DNA of 61,553 bases, counting the filler, from Hausera hauseri (taxonomy: Eukaryota): assembly GCA_046269625.1 (NCBI GenBank). It is 9 parts of 9 records of this genome, joined end to end, with 100 filler letters (N's around TTAATTAATTAA, not from the genome) between each part and the next. Parts side by side here need not be neighbours in the genome. Positions count along the whole stretch, not along the records: positions 22,970 to 26,950 come from JBJURY010841746.1; positions 27,051 to 32,270 come from JBJURY010304611.1; positions 32,371 to 39,840 come from JBJURY010013011.1; 6 more parts are not named here. One strand, given 5' to 3'. Positions within the stretch are counted from its first letter, which is position 1. Each line of letters opens with the position of its first letter. A model generated the notes under the pieces. It made no database searches. It was not told the origin of the DNA and saw nothing but the letters and a program-made list of their open reading frames with translations. Positions 23,685 through 35,235 of the stretch are shown one piece after another. The position numbers and the translations under genes were made by a program.

Positions 23685-26600
23685 TCTCCACCCTCTACCA
23701 TTTATCAACGATATCCTTCACAGACTCCATGGTTCGACCATCTTTTCCTGCACTGATTTACACAAAGCATACCACCAAATCACGGTGGCCCCAGCAGACA
23801 TTCTGGAAACGGCTGTCATTACATCTTTCAGCCTTATCGAATACCTTTTTATGCCTTTTGGACTCCGTAGCGCTTCCCAGATCTTTCAAAAGCATATCGA
23901 TACAGTCGTATCAGGCTTAGACTTCGCCTATCCGTATATTGATGATATCCTAATTACATCATCTTCCTCCAAACTACACTGAACACTTACGCTTAATCTT
24001 CCAGCGCTTACACCAAAACAATTTGCAAATTAACTTCTTTAAATGCTCTTTTTTCAACATAAGGTCAACTTCCTACGATACGTTATTAGCTCCTCCGGAC
24101 ATTCACCCCAGCCAGACCGCATCACGCAGCTCAAAAACATAGCTACCAAGTACATCAACAGAGATGCGTTCTTTCCTCGGAACCTTGCACTTTTTTCATA
24201 AGTATGTTCCACACTGCTTCACTCTAACCACTCCATTCGCATCACTGATCTCTGGCAAGAAAAACAGCCTATTCAATGGACCGCCAAGCTAGTCAACGCT
24301 TTCGATCACCTCAAAGACAATTTAAAAACCGCAGAAATCCTGGCCTATCCAGACTCCTATATAGAACTCTTCTTAACCACGGACGCATCTACAACAGCTG
24401 CAGGTGCTATCCTCCATCAAGTCAAAAATGGATCCCATGAGCCATTAGAATTCTATCGAAAATTCACGGCACAAAAAACAAAAATATTCCACCTTTGACA
24501 GAGTTGCTTGCAATGGTCCTTGCAGTAAAACACTTTAAACATCTGCCAACTGCACGAACTTTTGCAATACAAATGGATCACAAGCCTTTGCTTCAAATTC
24601 TCACCATGAAGTCGCCTTCTCCACGTCAGGAGAAGCAGATATCGTATTTGTCAACATTTAATTTTGTAATTAAGCACCTAAACGGATTCGACAATTTAGT
24701 ATCTGACTTTTTGTCCCGATGGGTCTGCTCGATTGATTTTACTCCAATTTTTCCTCAATCCAAACTTCAACAAAACCAGCCTCCTCCTGACATTCTTAAG
24801 TCTTTTGAATCGTGAAAAACCATCGACGGTGGCCTTTGACACCAAACCTAATAATCCGAAAGTCATCCATTCTGAATCACCTCAAAAAGACGTATTCAAT
24901 GGCATTCATTCGTTGCATCATCCCGGTGCCAAAGCCACTTTTCGACTCTTACAACGCCAAGTAGTATGGCCGTCGATGCGCTCTAACATGCAGGCATTGG
25001 TTAGGCAGTGTGGCATGCCAAAAATACAAAGTTACTAAGCACCTAAAGCCAACACTATTTCATTTTCCCTGCACGTCTCGTTTCGAATTTGTTCACATTG
25101 ACCTTGTAAGCCCATTACCCTTAGACAACGGCCATCAGTTCATCCTCACAATGATGGACCGTTTCTCGCGATGGTCAGAGGCTGTCCCGCTTCGGAGCAC
25201 CAACACAGAAACAATCGCAGACGGTTTCATCCGCACTTGGATCAGCAGGTTTGAATCACCTAGCCATATCATTTCGGACCAAGGTCCACAGTTCGAATCC
25301 AACCTGTTTAAAGCTCTTGTCAATCGATTGGGAATTAACTACATTCACACGTCACCATATCATCCCCAATCGAATGGGCTTCTCGAACGCTTTCACCGAA
25401 CGATAAAAACGTCTCTCAAAATCCTTGCTGAGTCAAATCGCAGCTGGACCACTCTCCTTGCGTACGTTCTGCTTGGCTGGCAGAACACCATCTACTTCTG
25501 CAGGCTGTTCACCTGCAGAAGCGTTATTTGGCACTCCCATCAAGTCATTATTCGAGCCGACTGAGCTGGGTAACACTCCTACAGACGAAACTATACAGGC
25601 GGCACAGAGATACTTCGTTGAAATCAGCAAAGACTCATTTTTCAGATTGTTACACGCAAATAAACCATACATACCCGACGATTTATATACTGCCAAGTTT
25701 GTTTGGCTAAAAAATCAGACGCCGTGTGGTTTTCGACCTCAGTATATCGGCCCTTACAAAGTAATTCGCTTACACTCCACAACATCATCATTCTCAAAGA
25801 CGACAAAGTAACAGTTCAAATCAACAACACTAAGCCGGCCTTCTTCATCAATGATACGTCTCCCATCGAAGTCACGTCTCCACCAACATCTTTATACGAC
25901 GCGCAGCAATCCAACAATTCACCTTCCATCTCTACTCAATATCATAATCCACTTTCCCCTACTCTTTCTCCCAAAACTTCCACTTCAGTTTCTCACAATT
26001 CAGCCTCTCCCCGTCCGATTCTGCACCTTCAAGCTTCCCAACACCTCCATCTCCTGGTAACAACCTGCCTTCTTTTACAGTACTTTCTTCATCAAACACC
26101 ACTTCGACTTCACCAATCTCTTTATCTACACCTTTCATCATTCCGACCTCTTGCATACCACCCTCCAACTACTTTCCTTTGCCTTCTCCATCTTCTCGCT
26201 CTCGTTCGCCTTGTAACTTCACCGCTTTTTCTCTCCTTCCACACCTTCATCTTCGGCGCTCTATTCCTCCCTTTATCCTCACACATCGTCTTCTACCCTT
26301 TTCACTTCCACTTCGCGACTTCCGCTTTTGTTTACTTCTATCCCCATCTCTCTCTACCACTACCTCTCTTTCATCTTCCACTTCCAATCTCTCACAATTC
26401 AATTCAACATTTACTCCAACTTCTTTCTCTCTTCCTTTATCCACCACTACACCTATAATCATTCCTTCGTCTTCAACAATCTCTCTTCCTCTTTCACCTT
26501 CTCTTTATTCCGACTCGCCTTCGCACAACAACACTCAACAAAATCCGACAATTTTTCCCCAATTTCAACCTCTGCAAGCAAACACAGCATAAACACAAAA

Positions 26601-26950
26601 CACGCAGAGTCACATTCAGCAAGTATAGCAGGGAAAAATCACCAGAAGGCACCCAACGTCTTGTCCACACTAAGACCGACTGACACAGACACTTTCGTTT
26701 TGCGGTTTTTTCTTTCTGCCTCTTTTACCCTTCATAGTTTTCACTTTGCCACGGAGGGAGATGTTGTGCCCACAGCGGCCTGTGTTCTCTGGCCCATTTG
26801 GTTGGACACGGCCGGGCCTCCGTCACTGTCGCGTCAAATCCATAGTCGGGTCCGACTTCCATGCCTTAAGAATTTAATACCGCTTCAGGTGCGTACAATT
26901 GCGATGATCAAATGTGCTTAAAATCTGCTTAACAGTGCAGAGGGTTTAAG
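23685..26950 (+). mobile_element. Degenerate CsRN1-like Gypsy element: RT-RH-IN, Ser-rich 3' region, PPT and 3' LTR (from 26762)
   Basis: DLHKAYHQI, MPFGLRSA, YIDD, TDAS, HIDLV...SDQG...HPQSNGLLERFHRT; GGAGGGAGA then TGTTGTGCCC. Confidence 0.9.
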
Positions 26951-27050
26951 NNNNNNNNNNNNNNNNNNNNNNNNNNNNNNNNNNNNNNNNNNNNTTAATT
27001 AATTAANNNNNNNNNNNNNNNNNNNNNNNNNNNNNNNNNNNNNNNNNNNN

Positions 27051-27820
27051 TCTCTAGCATATCGGGCTAATTCTATTTCTAAGTCTTGAGCTAATTGCAA
27101 TGTCTTATCAAAATTCTCCGGACGTGCTAGAATCAATTGCTTTACTATGTCTTTAGACCAAATACCGTTTATTAATTGCATCATCATAACGTCTAAATCG
27201 GGAGGAGTTGCTTTCTTTGCGGCTTCACGTTCTGCTTCCTTTTTAGCCTTGGCTATGTTTGCTATCCTTAACGTTCTCACGTAGCTGTTTGCCAACTTCT
27301 TTAATGCAAAAGCGAATTGGGTTATCGTTTCACCCTTTTGTTGCACTCTATTCTGGAAAGCCATTTGTTTTTGTTGTGGAGTTACGGTCAATAAAAATTT
27401 TAGATTTAAGGCTCCTACTACTGAGGACCAAGTTTTCTTTTCATCATCTGTGAGTTCACTATAGGCATCAGCGTCCAGATTTTTTAAATAAAATGACAAA
27501 CGCTTAATCATCACATTAGCTAATAGTCCAGCACCTTCTGCATGCAATTGGTATGTCCTTAGGAATTTATTAAGTCCGTCCGGGTCTTCGTCGTATGCCG
27601 GCAGATTCAGCGAATCGAACGTAAATATGTCCAGCTTCTGAGCTACTGCTTGATTTTCGACCATATTCTCAAAGTTTATTAGATTTTTCTTAACTACCTT
27701 ACGAGTTCTAATTCTCTTGTCAGGGACTTTAAATTTAATAGGCTGTTCAACAGCGTTTAGATCAATAGGTTCAGTGCTAATTAAGTTTGATTCAGATAAA
27801 GTGCGTCTAATCAACGTCAT
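27051..27820 (-). CDS. gag: Gag of a family-B element related to the contig-1 element (open to the contig end)
   Basis: Colinear and closely similar to 942-1560; lies downstream of a PBS and LTR. Confidence 0.85.
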
Positions 27821-28083
27821 ACCTTCTGTATAAACTCTATTACGTGTCTCACGAAGAATAAAATTTTCTTTACCGTTTAGAATGAGATTTAAGTTATTCT
27901 CTGACTTATTTCTATCGATATTCGATCTTGATTTAACAATATGTCGTTATAATACTGAGGGTTTTCTTTAAAATCCCAAATTTTAATTTCACAATAATCT
28001 TCAATCAATTATTTGATGTGGTAGCGCTGATCGCTAATATGTCGTTACTTTTCTCTAAAAGTCAAGTCTAGCAAGTGCAAACT

Positions 28084-28101
28084 GTCCTGCTAGGGTCGAC
28101 A
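28084..28101 (-). promoter_or_regulatory. Primer-binding site
   Basis: TGTCGACCCTAGCAGGAC, 2 nt from the LTR end; matches 569-586. Confidence 0.75.
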
Positions 28102-28103
28102 AA

Positions 28104-28704
28104 TGTTAGTAGTTAAAGGTGGGCCCTATCCAACACCCAACTATAACAATATCAAATTCGAAGTTAATAATGGTTTTAAAAGCAGATAAGTTCTAACATT
28201 CTCGTTAGAATGGTTGCACTATTTTAACTTGAGTGTACTGCTTGCAGTGATTGCATAATTTACGAATTCTCAACCTAACTTTAAAGTTTAAATCGATTTT
28301 AAAACTTTGTGTGGTGCAAATCCCTCGTAACGAGCGACGGAAAACTATGAGAGTTTACAACGAAAATTTATTAAACAACAAATAAAAATACTAATAGCAA
28401 TATTGAAGATTCACAATGCAATTCAATGTCTTTCTATTAGTCTTGGACTCTTCTCAATGCAAATGTAGATTCTGTTTATTCAAACTGACTGATTAAAAGT
28501 TGGCTAACTTACTGATAAATGACTTATATAGTAGTCGACATCCGTTTATTTACATTTCTACGAATTCATTTTAATCAATTTTGTTCATTTTCAACAGGTT
28601 CCAGTTTTATTTACAATTATTTTCTCGTTTGTTCACAAATTGTTTATAAAATTCAATCAATTATAATTAATTCCAACTTCCGTTTTCAGTAAATACACTA
28701 TTTA
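28104..28704 (-). repeat. 5' LTR (family B), interrupted by a family-A element
   Basis: Ends ...AACTACTAACA before the PBS; CTACTATATAAG TATA motif at ~28521-28536 shared with family A. Confidence 0.75.
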
Positions 28705-29363
28705 TGTTACAGTTGGGGTGGCCCTTACCGTTGCCCACTATATCAATATTTTTCAGCAGGTTAGGATTACTCATTCTCGAGGAATCTACTTGTGCCTTAA
28801 TAATTTTAGATATTTTGAGCTGTACTGCTGGTACTTCGTGCGGTTTAGATGCTTGTCTTAGTTTGTAAATTCTCGACTTAACTGTGATTTTAAGTACAAT
28901 TTTACCCTTATGGTAGTCAAATCGTCCTTAAGGGACGATAAAAAACTATCGGAAATTTGACAACCAAACAATTAAAATAACCTTTATTCTTAAACACGTC
29001 ACGAACTCAACACAGTGAATCACAAAATATAACTTTAATATTCAATAGCAGTTTCACAGTTCTGGTTTGAATTGGTCGATTCTAAGTCGACGTTTATTAT
29101 TCTGACTTGTTCTGAAAAAAGCCTGCTTATATAGTAGCAGGGTTTTCGATATAATGTTTATCTACAATTAAATCCATTTTCTTTGGATTGTATAAGATTT
29201 CTGCGTAAATTAAATTCAATTTCCTGTATTTACATACTTGCTTCCAACATTTATTTCAAAATTGTCGAACTATTTATTTAACTTTACTTTAATGAAATAA
29301 CAATTCGCATTTCTCGTTCAAATTGTCTATTATAGTTGGCTGATTACTTTCTCGACTACTACT
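28705..29363 (-). repeat. 3' LTR (family A, ~660 bp)
   Basis: Reverse complement matches 1-564 (e.g. GGTAAGG.C.ACCCCAACTGTAACA, CTGCTACTATATAAGCAG); preceded by purine tract AGGGAGGA (29365-29372). Confidence 0.8.
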
Positions 29364-31437
29364 GTCCTCCCTGAGCGGCATCCTCGAAGTAGCCCATTGC
29401 GTCAGAAGAGGTGGCGCCCAACGTCCTAGGCCGTCTTAATCGATTCATTCTTTCTGTGAGGTCTGTTGGGAAATTTCGTTGGTCTTGACTGTTTATTGGG
29501 CTTGTCTCCAGGTTATAACTATGGTAAGGTTTGATCCTAACAATTCGTGTGTAGCTCCCGTCTGAATAATACTTCAACTCTGTTGCCTCTGCGCGACATA
29601 CTGGCATGTCGTTTTTCCGTTGTCGAGTGTCCATTTTTCCAGACAATCTCGGCAGTATTTGTGGCGACAATCGTGGTTATCTAATACCACATATCCTTGC
29701 CTTAAATTTGCGTCGCACACAGGGCATTCACTATCTTCTTTGTCCCAATCATCTCTGTCTAAATCGACTTGAATAGTTAGCTCGATAGGTTCAAATACAA
29801 GTCCATCTTCATCTTGGTATAAGTATCCATGTATCACCTTCTGTTTGGGGTTAACTGAACTCTTATGCGGGTCACAATTTACTTGTATCAAGGTCCAATC
29901 CGCAATAAGGTCCTTATCCAAGTCGGGAATCTTTCCTTCCGTTTTATATTTTTGATATTGTTTCTTTAGTAATATTCATATTTGCTTGTCTACGGGCACT
30001 ATTATCTTACCAGTTCTCTTTGAACGGAAAATCGATGTAAGATAAGTACCTGGAGCAAACTTGATGAAAAACATAGCTTCTTTTATTACCTTCTTACTAT
30101 AGTGCTCGGTAGTTACCAACATTTTAGGGAAATCTTGGGCTGTACTGCAATGTACGTCTTCTTTTTTCCTTTTTCTATTAGGGCAATGATTTCCGTTATT
30201 ATGGGACTCCTAATTCCCTTTTTTAATGGTTCTATACTTTGAGAGATACTCGGCCTGTTTTGTTGGCTCTGCGCTCCTTGCTTCATCTTCCTTTTTCTTC
30301 TTGAATAAGTAGTTGTAAATAGATGATGTCTTCATGGTCCGGGGTTTTTCTTCTAACTTCGTCTTTTTAATTATTGTTTCTGGCCTAGGTTCTTCATTTT
30401 GTTCTTTTTGGGACTTTGATGTTCCTGCTAGTGTCCTGTTTCCTCCTTTAATCATCGGTAACTCCATCTCATTTTTTTGTTTTCCTTCCATAGGTTCGCG
30501 GATTGTGATCATAAGGCGATGCTTGTCTGTAGATTGGATGGTTCTAATCGGAGAGTAGGGCTTGAAGGTTTTCCGATATTTGATATCTACATGTTCGGTT
30601 TCCAAGGAATTGCGTAGATTGTATATAGGGTTTTTAGGTATCCATTCATGTTTTCACTTTAACATCTTATAAGTCTCCTGCAAATATTGGGAACGCTGGC
30701 TGGCTGTTAAAAGTCTTGGAATTCTATTTGGGTTGTTGGTCATTGTTTCAACTGTTATCTTGAAGAAGGCTTCTGGTGCGGTTAGTCGGTTTCTTCCTTG
30801 TACGATTTTCTCCATTTGCTCTTGGACTACTGGATGGGTGGCTATTTCCCTAAGTCCGGCAATATTTGCATCGGATATTCCTAATAGCTCAATTTCCATT
30901 TTTACATTGTATCCTGTTATCATACAAACATAAAGACAATAGCTTAACTCTGAACGGACCTGTAGAATATCTTTTCCATTTATCAGTTGTTCTTTCCTTA
31001 GACCAGTCACTTCCGCATGTGATTCCTGAACATGTTTCCGAGGGTTTACAATTGTTGAGTATAATTCAGTCTCATCTCTTTCTCGAATAGATACTTCCAT
31101 CGGTATTCCATATCCATCGTCTCCTCTACCGTAGTTTGTGGCCAGGATCCTTATGTTGCGGCCGTCTTGGACTAACCTATACGATTGCAGATGTTCATCC
31201 TTTTCTGCCTCTGTTGGTCTCTGTTCGAACTGTAGAACCGACAAGCCTAAGTTGCAGCTCTCTTTGTAAGTCATCTCGAACATCAGTTTAACCGGTAAGG
31301 CTGCTACTATGAATTCTAATCCATAATCGATGGCTTCTAAGCCTCGGCCACTTATTTTAAATGTGGTAAATTGGTATTGGCGCCTTTCGTTACAGTCCCA
31401 TTGCTGTCCCTTTATTCTGTAGTAAACTTCGCCGTCG
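29359..31437 (-). pseudogene. Family-A 3' accessory ORF: degenerate REX4-like exonuclease fold, Lys/Glu-rich linker, C3HC4 RING finger
   Basis: ORFs 30654-31283, 30210-30605 and 29574-29921 share one frame separated by single stops; RILATN...EVSI...IVNPRKHV...VTGLRKEQL; CPVC...CRHKYCRDC...C(fs)PVCR; ends inside the LTR. Confidence 0.7.
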
Positions 31438-32270
31438 GGACTCCTAATTCCCTTTTTTAATGGTTCTATACATTGAGAGGTACTCGGCCTGTTTTTTGGC
31501 TCTGCGCTCCTTGCCTCTCATCTTCCTTTTTCTTCTTGAATAAGTAGTTGTAAATAGATTATGTCTTCTTGGACCCGGGTTTTTCTTCTAACTTCGTCTT
31601 TTTAATTATTGTTTCTGGCCTAGGTTCCTCTTTTTGTTTTTTTTGGGACTTTGATGTTCCTGCTAGTGTCCTGTTTCCTTCTTTAATCATCGGTAACTCC
31701 ATCTCATTTTTTGTTTTCCTTTCATAGGTTCGCGGATTGTGATCATAAGGCGATGCTTGCCTGTAGATAGGATGGTTCTAATCGGAGAGTAGGGCTTGAA
31801 GGTTTTCCGATATTTGATATCTACATGTTCGGTTTCCAAGGAATTGCGTAGATTGTATATAGGGTTTTTAGGTATCCATTCATGTTTTCACTTTAACATC
31901 TTATAAGTCTCCTGCAAATATTGGGAACGCTGGCTGGCTGTTAAAAGTCTTGGAATTCTATTTGGGTTGTTGGTCATTGTTTCAACTGTTATCTTGAAGA
32001 AGGCTTCTGGTGCGGTTAGTCGGTTTCTTCCTTGTACGATTTTCTCCATTTGCTCTTGGACTACTGGATGGGTGGCTATTTCCCTAAGTCCGGCAATATT
32101 TGCATCGGATATTCCTAATAGCTCAATTTCCATTTTTACATTGTATCCTGTTATCATACAAACATAAAGACAATAGCTTAACTCTGAACGGACCTGTAGA
32201 ATATCTTTTCCATTTATCAGTTGTTCTTTCCTTAGACCAGTCACTTCCGCATGTGATTCCTGAACATGTT
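30203..32270. repeat. ~1.23-kb tandem duplication (30203-31437 and 31438 to the contig end)
   Basis: Near-identical sequence at an offset of ~1234; junction at GGGACTCC. Confidence 0.9.
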
Positions 32271-32910
32271 NNNNNNNNNNNNNNNNNNNNNNNNNNNNNN
32301 NNNNNNNNNNNNNNTTAATTAATTAANNNNNNNNNNNNNNNNNNNNNNNNNNNNNNNNNNNNNNNNNNNNTAAAAGGTTCATCAGTTGGAGTCAGACTGA
32401 ATATAAGTTGAAGGAATGCAAATCATCAGTCACCTTAAAGTCTGAAACAAACCCCATCATCTGTTAGTACAATTAACATTTCATTTTCTACTGGTGGCCA
32501 TCTTTAATCACCCAACAATCACTTTCTGAGAGTTTCATTAAAAGCTGTTCCATGGTTCATGAAATATTTTACTAACAGACACAGGCAGATTTCATGGCAT
32601 TGGGTGAAAAATGTAGAAACTGTAGAAATCTATCAGCATGAAACATTGAAGAAGAATTCTGTGTGAAATAAAAGAGTGTTGCACCAAACCCCTTAAAAAT
32701 GAGCCTCATTCCCCACTTAACTGAGCCCCTTGGTTGAGGTGGAATTAAACAGTTCCCAAAGTGTTCTGAAGAGTTCGAATCTGTAACTTCCTGTGATCCA
32801 AACAGTTCTGCTCAGGAGCTCCTGGTTCTTTTCTTGATGCTAACGTGTTTCTATCGAGGTTAAACCGCGTCAGTTCCAAAGAACAACATCCTTCACCTCC
32901 TGTGGCTCCA

Positions 32911-33066
32911 TCAGAGCCGGGCTTTGGCCTGGAAGAAGCTCATGACGGCGCTCAAACACTCGTCTGACGTCCAGCGCTCCACCAGCCGCTCCACCTCTGC
33001 GTCGTTCGCTGCGTACAGACGCTCCTTGTCCACGGAGCGGACCAGCTGCTTGGACAGGGCCAGAGA
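32911..33066 (-). CDS. eci2: Teleost enoyl-CoA delta isomerase 2 last coding exon (fish DNA)
   Basis: After acceptor tcccaacag reads SLALSKQLVRSVDKERLYAANDAEVERLVERWTSDECLSAVMSFFQAKARL*, the ECI2 C-terminus with PTS1 -ARL. Confidence 0.85.
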   Translation of the reverse strand, partial: SLALSKQLVRSVDKERLYAANDAEVERLVERWTSDECLSAVMSFFQAKARL

Positions 33067-33799
33067 CTGTTGGGAGGACAGAGACCATGGAAACCCTAGG
33101 CTGGCTCCCAGCGGATATAATTAATTTGGATGGAATAACTGTGTATAAACAAATAGTGAAAAGCAAATAGATAAAATGAGGAGAAAAAATATCAATAGAC
33201 GTCGAAGAAAGCAAAAGAAGAATCAAAAATGTGGTTTTTTGAGATACCTTTGTACTTACTTGCGTGTAACCGTAATAAAGCGTCAAAAGCTCTCGAATAT
33301 ATGACCAGTGGACTTGAATATCTAAGGAATACAGCTGTTAACTGCTTTCCTTTAGATTATTTTCAACATCTGAATGTCCAGCAGCTTCTGAGTCGACTAA
33401 TTGGAAACATGAGACAAGTTTCTCTCAGCAACAAGCAGCAGCAGGGAGCCGCCGAGCCCTTTCAAATCACTTCTGTTTCTGCTCAGAGACTCAGATTAAA
33501 GAGCTAATTATGTTTGTGAGCAGGAGTCCGGCCACTCAAATACAAGGCAAACATACCCATACAGCGCAAACACTCACTAATAATCCCACATGTACACACT
33601 TAATACCACACACAGGAAACTGTGTTTGGCTGAGGCTTTCATTCTTTTTCTGATAAAGCAAACAGACCCTATCGTGACAGGAGCTCTGCTCAGTTCTGTG
33701 CTGATGCTCAGCGCAGACTCTGGTTAGTCACCGACCTCCTCCCAGACATGACATTTCCTCTGGTTTTTATTGGCTCACCGAGCTTGTTGATAAACTCCT

Positions 33800-34145
33800 G
33801 CACACTCTCTCTTCCTCTTTTTATTTTCATTCATGTGACCTTTCTTTTTCTGTAGATCTTTGTCTACTGTTGACATATACATATTCCTTCTACAACGCTG
33901 ATAAATAAGGAAATCTTTGTCCTCTTGAATTTTTATCGACATCAATGCATTTGTGTGTGCAATATCAACCAGTAAAGATATCTCTCTTTGGAACGCACCT
34001 CCTGTATTTTTTTGTGACTCTGAAGAACTATCTTTGTTCTTTTTCAGTAAACGCCATCGCCCGTAAAAGTTTTCTAGTTTTTTACCCCATGATCCTTTCG
34101 TATCATCGGAATGGCTGCCTTAGACCACAGTAACAACAGTTCGTA
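33800..34145 (-). mobile_element. DNA transposase N-terminal fragment (hATm-like)
   Basis: WSKAAIP...KK(fs)LENFYGRWRLLKKNK...LVDIAHTNAL...EDKDFLIYQR. Confidence 0.55.
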
Positions 34146-34320
34146 ACAACCGCCTCACGATCACGGATACGGGTGAAAAATGCAATCGAAAAACGCTTTG
34201 TTAAAAAGTCATCGTTGTAAATGCGTTTGTTTTTTTGTAGAAAAAGCGTGAATTTTATTTTGTACGACGATAATGACGCTTAAAACCGATCGAACAAATT
34301 ACCACGAGCATATTGGGACA

Positions 34321-34596
34321 CACCGCAACGAGCTGAGTCGGAAAAATTTTTGGACTGACCCAGTTCCGGACACCTGCATATTCGAACTTACCGCAACGAG
34401 TTGAGTCGGAAAAAATTTTGGACTGAACCAGTTCCAGACACCTGCATATTCGGACTCACCGCAACGAGTTGAGTTGGGAAAAAAATCGGACTGAGCCAGT
34501 TTCGGACACCTGCATACTCGGACTCACTGCAACGAGTTGAGTCTGAAAAAAATTTTGGACTGAGCCAGTTCCGGACACCTGCATATTCGAACTCAC
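34321..34596. repeat. Four tandem 68-69-bp repeats at the end of the Polinton-like gene block
   Basis: Units start at 34321, 34389, 34457 and 34525 (CACCGCAACGAGTTGAGTC...GACACCTGCATATTCGAACT); no spacers. Confidence 0.95.
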
Positions 34597-34759
34597 GACA
34601 ACGATGACGACGAACGCACAAACTACCACGAGCTCATAATTGAGTACTACTACTACTCACAAGGTGGTGAGAGTCTGCCTACAAACTAATGATTACCACC
34701 AAATGTGTAACAGAGATATTGAAATGTACAGAAGCATCAACGGCAATATAACAAATTGT

Positions 34760-35174
34760 ATATTTCAAAATTACAAAAACAGTCTGTCTGTCTGTCCATT
34801 CAAAAAAATCGGAATACCTTCACAATAATGTCTGTACTGTAAGCCACAAGAGGCAGTAATATCCACACAATAAGGTAAGTGGATGTTGATAATGAGGTCG
34901 ATTATATTCAACACGATTATATGATTGTCTTTCAATTTGAGAAACTAACGATAATAGGTAATAAAACCCGAGCGGATCGAATACCTTGACGACGGTCGGA
35001 TGTACGTACACCGCAATCCAATGTTTGCCTGGTAACGATAAGCTCCGCTACCATTTTGTCGTAAGTAACGCGGCACATGGTCCAGTGGAAACACATCGCG
35101 GAATTTCACACCCAAGAGCAGTTTCCATAGTTACTGAGTTCAGTTGAGCTAAACGTAAAACGTGATTTAATCAT
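34760..35174 (-). pseudogene. Adenain-like cysteine protease (PRO)
   Basis: PGKHWIAVYV, FDPLG, YQHPLTLLCGYYCL; boundaries approximate. Confidence 0.85.
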
Positions 35175-35235
35175 AATAGTAATAATGGTAATAAATTACT
35201 TCATGGTACAAAGAGGAAGAAGAAGAAGATTTTAT

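Noticed and set aside
25703-26921. Ser/Leu/Phe-rich ORFs as an env or membrane protein (also 41319-41892)
   Set aside because: They arise from a C/T-rich low-complexity 3' region open in several frames; no Cys pattern or signal/TM organisation.
32870-33286. 138-aa ORF in the track
   Set aside because: Wrong frame; the recognisable coding sequence is the spliced eci2 exon at 32911-33066.
34321-34596. CRISPR array
   Set aside because: Repeats are contiguous with no unique spacers, no cas genes, and a eukaryotic context.
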